A stretch of DNA of 64,000 nt from a virus (lineage: Duplodnaviria; Caudoviricetes): positions 1 to 64,000 of IMG/VR virus record IMGVR_UViG_3300029288_000134. One strand, 5' to 3'. Below are positions 55,913-64,000 of this stretch, in pieces (position 1 is the first letter of the stretch; every line of letters begins with the position of its first letter). The notes under the pieces are model-generated. The model ran no database searches. It was given only the letters and a program-made list of their open reading frames with translations, and was not told where the DNA came from. Made by a program: the position numbers and the translations under genes.

Positions 55913-57343
55913 ATGCCAAATGTAATTGCAATCGTACCGCTCAACGCGGATAATTTTGATAGTGGCGCGGCAAGTAACGGGCAAGTTCTGACCGCTGACG
56001 GTGCGGGCAACTCAGCATGGCAGGATGCATCAGGCGGGGGCGGGGCAATTGACATCACCTATGCCGACCTCGTGACGGCGATTGGCGCAAGCACGTTGAC
56101 GGTCGGAGGATTCTACCGGATCACAGATTTTGCTACGAAGCATTACATTGTCGATGCTAACAAGGTGCAATACACGACGGGTGATGGAATTATCACCGGC
56201 GCAGTTGAACCGCTGGTTGTACAGGCAATAGCAACTAATGCCATCGGATCACAAGCGTTTAGCGCATTGTATCCACAGGATATTATCTACTACGACTGGA
56301 ATCCGGCTCACTGGCTAACAGACCTGTCGTTTGCGAAGGCGGGGGCTATTGTCTCTGGATTTACCGGAGTTATTACCTTTCGGCGCGATACGATTTACGA
56401 TAATTACGCGCCAGGAGACTGGCGGAACTGTAAGACGCGGAGATGGAAAACGAATGCAACGGCGTGGTCCAGTTCTAGTAGCTATGTTGCAGGAAACATC
56501 GTGTCCCATGATGATGGATATGTATACAAGGCATTGCAGCCGAGCCTAAACCAGGAGCCTGTCGGCGGAGACAATGAATACTGGGTCATAATGCTTAACC
56601 TGAATACTTATGAGTATTGGAATGCGGCATCAACAAATTGGCGGTCCATTACCAGCGGCGCTGAGTATGCGGATTTTACGCTGTTTGGCAGCGGACAAGC
56701 TAGATCGGTCCACTTTGAGCCAATGTTGGACAATGCTGTGTACAACAAATATTTTAGAACGATTTTGCCTAATAATGCATTACTTGATGCTGCAACATGC
56801 TACGGCTGCTCAATCGGGTCAGGGAGCTTCTTTAATACGATTGACGGATACTTCATTAACAACACAATCGGCGCATCGTTCTACGGCAATCTAATTGCGG
56901 TGTATTACGATAACAATACAGTGGGAGCGTTATTCTACAATAACGTAGTCGGTGATGCATTCGAGAAAAACACGGTTGGTGCAGGATTTTATAATAACAC
57001 TATTGGCGGGTACTTTTCCTCTAACACGGTCGATACTGACTTTGCGTCTAATATAATCGGCATTAACTTTGCCAACAACGCCATCAACTCAGGGTTCTTC
57101 ACAAACAAAGTTAGTACAGATTTTAGCTATAACACTATTGGTGCAAGTTTCCAGCGAAACGTATTGGGGCAGTATTTCCGAAATAACAACGTAGGTAACA
57201 GTGTATTAGTCAATATTGATCTTGCCGACGCGTCGCATGTTTACGCCGACTACAATTGCAATGTGTACCATGACAAAACACTGGGCGACAGGCTGTCTTA
57301 TATGGACAATGATACGGTGGTATACGTGGCGGTGACGGCATAA
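55913..57343 (+). CDS. Fibre/beta-helix protein
   Basis: GQVLTADGAG..W fibre motif; C-terminal repeated NxxGxxFxx units. Confidence 0.65.
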   Translation: MPNVIAIVPLNADNFDSGAASNGQVLTADGAGNSAWQDASGGGGAIDITYADLVTAIGASTLTVGGFYRITDFATKHYIVDANKVQYTTGDGIITGAVEPLVVQAIATNAIGSQAFSALYPQDIIYYDWNPAHWLTDLSFAKAGAIVSGFTGVITFRRDTIYDNYAPGDWRNCKTRRWKTNATAWSSSSSYVAGNIVSHDDGYVYKALQPSLNQEPVGGDNEYWVIMLNLNTYEYWNAASTNWRSITSGAEYADFTLFGSGQARSVHFEPMLDNAVYNKYFRTILPNNALLDAATCYGCSIGSGSFFNTIDGYFINNTIGASFYGNLIAVYYDNNTVGALFYNNVVGDAFEKNTVGAGFYNNTIGGYFSSNTVDTDFASNIIGINFANNAINSGFFTNKVSTDFSYNTIGASFQRNVLGQYFRNNNVGNSVLVNIDLADASHVYADYNCNVYHDKTLGDRLSYMDNDTVVYVAVTA

Positions 57344-57345
57344 GT

Positions 57346-57909
57346 ATGAAACTGATCGGCTATTACACCGTCGGCGCAACCTTATACGCGGTCTTGCTGG
57401 ACAACAACGGACAAGCCTGGAACGGCACGGCGTTTGAGGCGCTTAATCCGGCAAACTGGACGACGTATAACATTGCTATGACCGAGGGCGCGGGTGGCTT
57501 GTATACCGGGATCGTACCCGCGCTATCTGCTGACAACTATACCTACATTTGTTACAACCAAGCCGGTGTTAATCCTGCAATAATGGATGATAAGGTGAGT
57601 TTCGGCGCATTCTCTTGGGATGGCACCGACGAGGCACTACTTTCCAATCCGGTTACAGTTGGGACGAACAATGACAAAACGGGCTACAAGCTGGCAAGCG
57701 ATGGACTAGATAGCGTTAGCATTGTGGCTCCGACTGGCGTGGCGTCTAACTTCCGTGAAATGGTCGTGGCAACGTGGAGGCGCTTCTATAAGAAAGCCAC
57801 AATGACCGCGACTGATTTAAAAACTTATGCAGACGATGGAGCGACAGTAGTTACTTCTCAACCGATTACAGATGACAATGTTACCCAATCCCAAGGAGCG
57901 GCAACATGA
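57346..57909 (+). CDS. Virion structural protein
   Basis: Thr/Ala-rich; GTNNDKTGY.L motif. Confidence 0.55.
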   Translation: MKLIGYYTVGATLYAVLLDNNGQAWNGTAFEALNPANWTTYNIAMTEGAGGLYTGIVPALSADNYTYICYNQAGVNPAIMDDKVSFGAFSWDGTDEALLSNPVTVGTNNDKTGYKLASDGLDSVSIVAPTGVASNFREMVVATWRRFYKKATMTATDLKTYADDGATVVTSQPITDDNVTQSQGAAT

Positions 57910-58175
57910 GACTTGTAGCAACTCCAAATAACTCAGTGAACAGTGTTGATAGGGCGATATGGCTTACTATTCCATTTGATAAAAGTGCAAAAGTAGCTAC
58001 TACTCCCAGTTGTCGTATTTATGTTGTAGGTCATGATGATCGTATATTTGATGTTCCTGTGGAGAGTCGCACTGTAAATATTCCATGTGATGATCGTACA
58101 TATAACGCGCAATACGAGAATCGCACAGTTGAAATTGGATATGATAATCGTACACATAAGGTTACTTGCGAATGA
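57906..58175 (+). CDS. Small repeat protein
   Basis: Repeated [D/E]xRT units. Confidence 0.5.
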   Translation: MRLVATPNNSVNSVDRAIWLTIPFDKSAKVATTPSCRIYVVGHDDRIFDVPVESRTVNIPCDDRTYNAQYENRTVEIGYDNRTHKVTCE

Positions 58176-58450
58176 ATGGACCATTGCTACCAGCGAAAGA
58201 TCCATTAGAAATACTGGATTATACAATTGATTGGACAGATTGGCTTGTTGCTGGAGACGAAATAAGCACCAGCGAATGGACGATGCCAACTGGACTTACC
58301 AATGCAGACGATACTAAAACCACCACGACAACTACGTTGTGGGCAAGCGGTGGCACGGCTGATTCTATTTATGGCCCATCAAATACAATTGTTACCAAGA
58401 ATGGTCGTACCGCAAAGCGTAGCATAAACATTCCGGTTCAGGTGTTGTGA
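58172..58450 (+). CDS. Fibre-tail adaptor-like protein
   Basis: KDPLEILDYTIDWTDWL..GDEISTSEW; ATGA overlap start. Confidence 0.6.
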   Translation: MNGPLLPAKDPLEILDYTIDWTDWLVAGDEISTSEWTMPTGLTNADDTKTTTTTTLWASGGTADSIYGPSNTIVTKNGRTAKRSINIPVQVL

Positions 58451-58998
58451 TGGCTGGTGTAAAAAAAGAGATCGACAATATCCCTTGGCTGAAAGGGCAA
58501 CTGAATAAAGCAAGTGCAGCATTTATTACAAGAGCAATGTTGCCAAGAGTACAATCCGACGTTGTTCCCGTGGTTCAGAAAGCCTTTAGGTCGGAGGCTC
58601 CAAAGGGGGATTACATCCATCCGGGCATGTCCACTCAGCCAGGACACAAGAAATTACAAGATTCCATTACTGCCAAGGCTACTGTGTCTGGTAGTCGTGT
58701 CGTCGTATCCGTGGACGCACCGAAACATGCCAAGTGGATCACTAAAGGTACGCAGCCGCACATGATCCCGACAGATTATTGGCAATCATTCTTTGCCGGT
58801 GGTCACAGGCTACATTTCTGGTGGCACAAGGAAGGCAGATACTCTAATCCATATCTTGTGTCACATCCAGGAATAGTAAACCCGAGTGATTTTAATATTC
58901 GTGCTGCCAATAAAGCAAGAGCAGATGTCAATAGGCTTCTTATTGTGGCATTGCGAACGCAAATCAGTAGCCAAATGAACTTTACAGGTAAACCATAA
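58447..58998 (+). CDS. Tail completion/neck protein (HK97 gp10-like position)
   Basis: Basic; GTQPHMI, VSHPG. Confidence 0.55.
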   Translation: MMAGVKKEIDNIPWLKGQLNKASAAFITRAMLPRVQSDVVPVVQKAFRSEAPKGDYIHPGMSTQPGHKKLQDSITAKATVSGSRVVVSVDAPKHAKWITKGTQPHMIPTDYWQSFFAGGHRLHFWWHKEGRYSNPYLVSHPGIVNPSDFNIRAANKARADVNRLLIVALRTQISSQMNFTGKP

Positions 58999-59543
58999 TG
59001 CTAGAGAGTCAAGTAAAAAACGCACTATACAATCTAATACATGACAACAAGTTGACTCTTGTATCTGGGCTATCTACTCAGGGTAATAATCGCAATCTTA
59101 ACCAAATTGTTACAGAGCGCTTGGCAATGCCAGAAGAGTATTATTTCGTATCAATTTGGGCGGATCTATCTGCTTTATACGAAGAAAGGGGTGGGAATGG
59201 TGGAAAAACAATTGGCAGCGAATACGACTGCTTGATAGAAGTAGTAGACTTTGCTATCCCTCAGAGTGGAGAGAACGAGCTTTACGGAAAGATGGGTGGA
59301 GACTTTGCACTTCTCACTGACAGGATGGCAGCGTTGTTGGTAGATACTTCTGTATATACTAGCGACGATGATATTAAGTTCAAACTGTCCGAATCACAAG
59401 ATCCAGCATTCAACAGACGTGTAACCAAGCGTCGTCTAGACACTGTTGCCGGGATGGGTGATGGACAGAGTGGGCCGTTCTTATATGCTGTACTGGAATT
59501 CACATTGGTAAATCAATGCACAGATACCAGTGTGCTTTACTAA
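58998..59543 (+). CDS. Tail terminator (putative)
   Basis: Acidic protein just before the tail tube gene. Confidence 0.5.
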   Translation: MLESQVKNALYNLIHDNKLTLVSGLSTQGNNRNLNQIVTERLAMPEEYYFVSIWADLSALYEERGGNGGKTIGSEYDCLIEVVDFAIPQSGENELYGKMGGDFALLTDRMAALLVDTSVYTSDDDIKFKLSESQDPAFNRRVTKRRLDTVAGMGDGQSGPFLYAVLEFTLVNQCTDTSVLY

Positions 59544-59558
59544 TAAGGAGGAATTAAA

Positions 59559-60194
59559 ATGGGTGCTGCAAGTTATGGAACTGTAGGTGCGCCTACTACG
59601 GTAAGAGGCTTTTTCGTTAAGCCCGAGTCTCGGGTAAGATGGAAGGGCACTCTAGAAACCACAAGTCATTTGTATGTTTCGTATGGCACAGGTGCCAGTA
59701 TTGGGTTTACTGCCGGGACTGGAATTGATCTTGGGTATTTGACAAAGATTCAGTTTACGCACAATCCTGATATTCAGTTGGTAGATTCTGGGAATACCCT
59801 AGCTACGCTGTACGAGCTTCGTGGAGAGAAGACGGAAGTAACTGTTGGGATCAAGCAATTCAGGCCAGAGGTTCTCAAGGAAGCGTTCGGCTCTGGGCAG
59901 CTATACAACCTAAGCACTAACGAGCAGTTGATCACGTTTGGGCAGGGTTGTACTCTTGCTACTTGGCCATTGGTTATTGAGTTCTCGAATGTGGACTGTG
60001 GTGCTCCGTCTATCAACAACATTGTAAACGGCGTGTCTGGCGGGTTTCTTACTCTATACGCCACATATCTTACATCAGGAATCGACTGGGACATGGCGTA
60101 TTCACAATCCAACTCGATTGACCTGAAGTTTACGGCGGTAGTAGATACGACCAAGGCACTTGGCAATAGATTGGGAAATTTATATCTTTTTTAG
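59559..60194 (+). CDS. Major tail tube protein (putative)
   Basis: SD AAGGAGG; 211 aa, Gly/Thr-rich; position before chaperone and TMP. Confidence 0.7.
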   Translation: MGAASYGTVGAPTTVRGFFVKPESRVRWKGTLETTSHLYVSYGTGASIGFTAGTGIDLGYLTKIQFTHNPDIQLVDSGNTLATLYELRGEKTEVTVGIKQFRPEVLKEAFGSGQLYNLSTNEQLITFGQGCTLATWPLVIEFSNVDCGAPSINNIVNGVSGGFLTLYATYLTSGIDWDMAYSQSNSIDLKFTAVVDTTKALGNRLGNLYLF

Positions 60195-60312
60195 ACCAGA
60201 ACGATTAATTATAATGATATACCAATATACCAATATACCAATATTGATACATGTTGCGCATTAATGCAAGCTGTGGTATCTTTCTATGATCTTATAGGGA
60301 GGATACTACAAA

Positions 60313-61047
60313 ATGCAAAGAGCTAGTAAGTATGATACAAAAAGAGAGTGCGTTGCAGAAAGGCTTAATTTGGGCCAGGCAGTTACGCAGATTTCCAGAG
60401 AATTAAATATACCACTAGGATCAATGACGTACCTATTGGAAAGATGGAACTTGCTAGATCAACAGTTACATCAAAAAGGTATTCATTTCACAAAAGATGG
60501 TAGCAACTCTGTATCGCGCCAACTCAAAGCTAGGCACGCTGAAACCGGATACATGCTTGGCGACAAACATTGGTCGCATGGAAAACTTAAATTGTATGGC
60601 GAGTGGGTGTCGCACAATGAGGCAAGACTAGCGCTAGCCGAACTTGTTGAACAAGATATGACCATAGCACAAATTGCTGAAGAGTGCGGCACTGATCACA
60701 AAACCATCACAAACTGGCTAACTCGTTTTGATATGCACAAAGGCATTCGGAGTGGCCCTAGATGTTCATGGTTTAAGGGTGGTCATCAGAAGTATCGTGG
60801 ACCAGGATGGCTAACATTACGCAAAGATATACTTGAGCGGGATGGATATAAGTGCAGAGTATGTAACGAGACTCAGGACGAGGCTAGGGAAAAGGGTCAT
60901 CCATTGAACGTTCATCACATTGTTCCCTGGGAAGTCTCACAAGATAATTCACCTGATAACTTGATTACACTCTGTCAACCCTGTCACATGCGCGAAGAGT
61001 GGTCTAATGGGCGTCATAGCAATGGTAATAACTATCTAACACAATAA
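60313..61047 (+). CDS. Free-standing HNH endonuclease with N-terminal HTH domains
   Basis: WLTLRKDILERDGYKCRVC...VHHIVP...NLITLCQPCH. Confidence 0.88.
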   Translation: MQRASKYDTKRECVAERLNLGQAVTQISRELNIPLGSMTYLLERWNLLDQQLHQKGIHFTKDGSNSVSRQLKARHAETGYMLGDKHWSHGKLKLYGEWVSHNEARLALAELVEQDMTIAQIAEECGTDHKTITNWLTRFDMHKGIRSGPRCSWFKGGHQKYRGPGWLTLRKDILERDGYKCRVCNETQDEAREKGHPLNVHHIVPWEVSQDNSPDNLITLCQPCHMREEWSNGRHSNGNNYLTQ

Positions 61048-61048
61048 A

Positions 61049-61567
61049 GTGGAGGGCAATATGTCTGAGAACGAAGAAGTACAAAAACTAGAAAGTAATG
61101 AGATCGTATTGTTCGGCAAGACTAAGCAGCTTCAGCCCTACAAGGGCAAGAGAGCGCGTTTAGTCTTGCCGAAGGTTGTAACACTTGCATCTGGTTTGAT
61201 GGAAGTTTCCAATAAGGCGGGCTTCAATCTAGCTGATTTTCTATCCAACAAGACCACTGCCGAACAATGGCTTGCAGAGAACAAAGACTCTGTGTTTCGG
61301 CTTATTGTATTCATATCAACATACTGGCAAGACCGCGCAGATGATATAGAAAGACTCCTGCCATTCCTGTTGCAAGTAGACGCCAAAGAGCTTGAGAATG
61401 ATGGAGATCCCATCGAAGTTTATTGGGCAATGTTCAAGGCGCTGAAGTATATGTTCGTAGAAAACATTACTCCAGAAGCAAAGATTGCAATTGATAGGAT
61501 CTTCAGGGTAAACCCTACGCAGTCCGGCGAGGATCAGGAGACGACGATCCAGGAAAAACTGGATTAA
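61049..61567 (+). CDS. Tail assembly chaperone (G)
   Basis: Position before TMP; ends in the slippery G GAA AAA. Confidence 0.7.
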   Translation: MEGNMSENEEVQKLESNEIVLFGKTKQLQPYKGKRARLVLPKVVTLASGLMEVSNKAGFNLADFLSNKTTAEQWLAENKDSVFRLIVFISTYWQDRADDIERLLPFLLQVDAKELENDGDPIEVYWAMFKALKYMFVENITPEAKIAIDRIFRVNPTQSGEDQETTIQEKLD

Positions 61568-61983
61568 TTGATTACGAGCACACTCGTCTAGTCTGCAATC
61601 ACTTCAATGTCACTTTTGATTATGCCAACAATGAAATGGCATGGCGTGATTGGTGGCCGTGTTTACTCACAGCATTGATTACTGAAGAGCGACAGGCGAA
61701 AGAGCGCTACCTACTTGCCGGAGGCGAACTGAATAAGTGGAAGGCAGTATTTGATATAGATGACTCAGAGATGTCGCCTGAGGATATTGCTAAAGCTATT
61801 ACTAGCTTTGCCGGACAAACCGATAAACTTTCTGGCGCTGCCGGGAATATGGATATATTGTTTGAGACTGGTAGGGCAGAAATGATTGATGTAGTTATAG
61901 ATGAGCAAGGTAATTACTTTGATGTTCATGGTAATAAGTTGGACATAGAAAAGCTAGGGTACTTTGTCCCGGAGAAAACATAA
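61552..61983 (+). CDS. Tail chaperone -1 frameshift extension (T)
   Basis: -1 frame open from 61498 to 61983; GGAAAAA at 61552-61558. Confidence 0.7.
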   Translation, partial: GKTGLIDYEHTRLVCNHFNVTFDYANNEMAWRDWWPCLLTALITEERQAKERYLLAGGELNKWKAVFDIDDSEMSPEDIAKAITSFAGQTDKLSGAAGNMDILFETGRAEMIDVVIDEQGNYFDVHGNKLDIEKLGYFVPEKT

Positions 61984-64000
61984 ATGACAAGAGCGACTGA
62001 AGCAACTCAACAGCAACTCTTAAAGTACGTTATTCAGTTTGATTCTAATGCAAAGCTCATGGTTCAAGAGCTTAATCAAATTAATAACGAAGCTGCAAAG
62101 ACTGCTACCGCGCTTAACAATGTTACTACTCAAGCAACGAGTATGAATACTGCGCTTCAGTCGTCTCTCCAATCATCCGTAGCAAGTCTTCAAAAAATCA
62201 GTACACAGATGGGGACCCTGACCTCTTCAATGAATAAGGGTTTCAATACTGTTAATCAAAGCCTGAAGAGCATGGGTACTACCACTGCTCAAACAGCAGC
62301 AAGAACAACAAGCTCCATTCACGGCATTACTAGTGCGGTTACACCTCTTGGCATAGCTACCAACACGGCTAGAACTGCCATGAATGGATTCTTGGGCACA
62401 CTAAGTAGAATGCCTATTCTTGGAGCAGTAGTAACTGCCACATTCGCAATAGGGATGTACGAGGCATTACGCAAGGTTGTCGATGTAATTCTGCAAACCG
62501 TATCCGCCTTCGGGACAATGGGCGCATTGTTCCAAAGAATAGACGCTCAGTTTACTGTGTTGTTTGGTACTGTCGAAAAAGCCGTAGAGATTATCGACTA
62601 CGCAAGAGTACAAGCATTAAAAACCCCGTTCGATTTCGCCGGACTGCTCGAAGGTATCCGAGTAATGAAGGCTTTTGGGCTTGAAACAAAGTTCTTCTTT
62701 GGAAGGATTGCTGATACTGCCGCTGGCACAGGAAAGTCATTCGATCAAGTAACCCGTGCATTGGGTCTTATTGCTAGTGGTGCAACTGGTCGTGGTATTT
62801 ACTATTTGCGACTTCTTGGTTTCAACATGGAAGAAATGGGAATCAAGACAGACTCGGCAGGTAGGGCCATTGGTTCCACCCAAGAAATTATGACCAAGTT
62901 GGTCAAGTTCATTGACACAAAGTACAAGGGTATGTCAGAGGTAATGGCCCGCACGTTCCCTGGTGCCGTACAGAATATGAAGGACGTGTTCGAGCAATTT
63001 GCCGGAGCGGTTGGTAAACCCGTACTAGATGAACTTGGATTCCAGTTGAACCGCTTGGTTGACGCTGCTACAAATCACTTGCCGCAAATACTAGCAGTTG
63101 GCAATGCTATTGGTAACGGTATTGCTAATGCTATTTCATGGATAGATCCTCTAATCAGTGGATTGTTGTACGTAGGCAGAGTTGCTGTTTCTGTAGCTAA
63201 TAGTATAGGCGCAGCATTTCAGTCAATCGGCAATTATATTGGATCAATGATCAATAGCATTGTTCCAGGTGCAACTGGTATGATAGCCAGTGTTGTTCAG
63301 CGTATTTTTCCAGGCGCAAAAAGTACAGACATTAAAGCCAAAGAGGGCCAGGAACTTACACCAATCGCAGAGGAACTTCTTGCAGAAGAAGCTGCCGGAG
63401 CAGGTGGTGGTGGTGGTGGTGGTAGCAAGAAGAAAGGCCCTACCGAGACTGAGAGAATAACGGAGGCAATATACGAAGAGGCAAAGAGCGCAGTAGACGA
63501 AGCTCAAGATGCATTAAGTGCAATGCGCAGGGCGCACGAAGCCGAAACCGACTCAATGAAATCTGCTATAGAGGCTGCTCAGAGTGCGCGACAGGACGAG
63601 ATTGACGCTGCCAAGGATCTTCAAGATAGCCTGGAGGAAGCTGCTGATTTAGAGAAGGAAAAGCTAGAAGAGCTTAAACTTCTGCAAGAAAAAGAAATAG
63701 ATATTAGACTTGCTCAGATTGGGATAAATCAAGAGCAGTTAGAAGTTGAGTCTGCTCGGGCCGAAGAGAATACTGCCCGCGCTCAAATTAAGCTAGACAA
63801 GATTGGTGACACATCAAAGCGCTACGGTAATAATATTCTTGTCTTTGCAGAACTCAATGCCAATGCAATGATGCGATTGGCAAAAGAGCAAGAGGATCAG
63901 GTAAGGCTAAAAGAGGCTGCCGCCAAAAGGGTTGAGGCTCAAGTAAAAGCAGAGTTTACATCTGTCCTTGAAGCACAAGAAGAAAAGATTAGACTTGCCG
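61984..64000 (+). CDS. Tape measure protein (truncated by the window edge)
   Basis: Not in the ORF track; open from ATG 61984; Ala/Thr/Ser helical N-terminus, KTPFDF motif, charged coiled-coil later. Confidence 0.9.
   Translation, partial: MTRATEATQQQLLKYVIQFDSNAKLMVQELNQINNEAAKTATALNNVTTQATSMNTALQSSLQSSVASLQKISTQMGTLTSSMNKGFNTVNQSLKSMGTTTAQTAARTTSSIHGITSAVTPLGIATNTARTAMNGFLGTLSRMPILGAVVTATFAIGMYEALRKVVDVILQTVSAFGTMGALFQRIDAQFTVLFGTVEKAVEIIDYARVQALKTPFDFAGLLEGIRVMKAFGLETKFFFGRIADTAAGTGKSFDQVTRALGLIASGATGRGIYYLRLLGFNMEEMGIKTDSAGRAIGSTQEIMTKLVKFIDTKYKGMSEVMARTFPGAVQNMKDVFEQFAGAVGKPVLDELGFQLNRLVDAATNHLPQILAVGNAIGNGIANAISWIDPLISGLLYVGRVAVSVANSIGAAFQSIGNYIGSMINSIVPGATGMIASVVQRIFPGAKSTDIKAKEGQELTPIAEELLAEEAAGAGGGGGGGSKKKGPTETERITEAIYEEAKSAVDEAQDALSAMRRAHEAETDSMKSAIEAAQSARQDEIDAAKDLQDSLEEAADLEKEKLEELKLLQEKEIDIRLAQIGINQEQLEVESARAEENTARAQIKLDKIGDTSKRYGNNILVFAELNANAMMRLAKEQEDQVRLKEAAAKRVEAQVKAEFTSVLEAQEEKIRLA

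Noticed and set aside
60195-61048. Group I intron carrying the HNH
   Set aside because: Flanking genes appear complete with their own stop and start; no exon continuity or intron core was recognised.
63244-63507. 87-aa minus-strand ORF, and similar short opposite-strand ORFs throughout the track
   Set aside because: Shadows of longer motif-bearing genes (here the tape measure).
1-64000. Alternative genetic code (amber recoding)
   Set aside because: Core genes are full length in the standard code, and TAG ends several genes (e.g. 45039, 60194).
1-64000. tRNA, rRNA, integrase, DGR or retron reverse transcriptase
   Set aside because: No recognisable motifs by eye; tRNAscan-SE and HMM searches would be needed to exclude them fully.
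1-64000. Apparent abundance of CTAG and GATC tetramers
   Set aside because: Impression only; it needs an observed/expected k-mer count that I cannot run.

Overview
The window is a 64-kb slice of a large tailed dsDNA phage genome (Caudoviricetes, probably siphovirus-type, standard genetic code). No integrase, tRNA, rRNA or CRISPR array was recognised. Bases 1-34.8 kb are almost all on the minus strand. They hold: (i) a nucleotide-metabolism, recombination and replication block (dCTP deaminase with an HNH intein, RNA ligase, two Rad52/Sak-like annealases, a degenerate DNA methyltransferase, an iteron-containing replication initiator); (ii) an early or host-takeover-like array of small genes driven by repeated TTGACTTA-N15-TATAAT promoters and separated by conserved RNA hairpin elements, which includes acidic DNA-mimic candidates, a GHKL ATPase-zincin fusion and an SNF2 helicase; (iii) a repeat-rich non-coding island at about 20.5-23 kb around one lone plus-strand gene; and (iv) class II ribonucleotide reductase with two inteins, an amidase endolysin and thymidylate kinase. 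From 34.9 kb the plus strand carries TerL, portal, head protease/scaffold, capsid, neck, accessory virion genes, tail tube, a frameshifted tail chaperone and the tape measure gene (truncated by the window edge). The most striking feature is a 14-gene, 11-kb glycan cluster between portal and head protease: six glycosyltransferases, two methyltransferases, a sugar dehydratase/epimerase, a DegT aminotransferase, a GNAT, an ACP, an SDR and an acyl-AMP ligase. It could build an N-acylated, O-methylated amino-sugar glycan, most plausibly for the virion surface. All functional calls come from motif recognition by eye; no database search was run.
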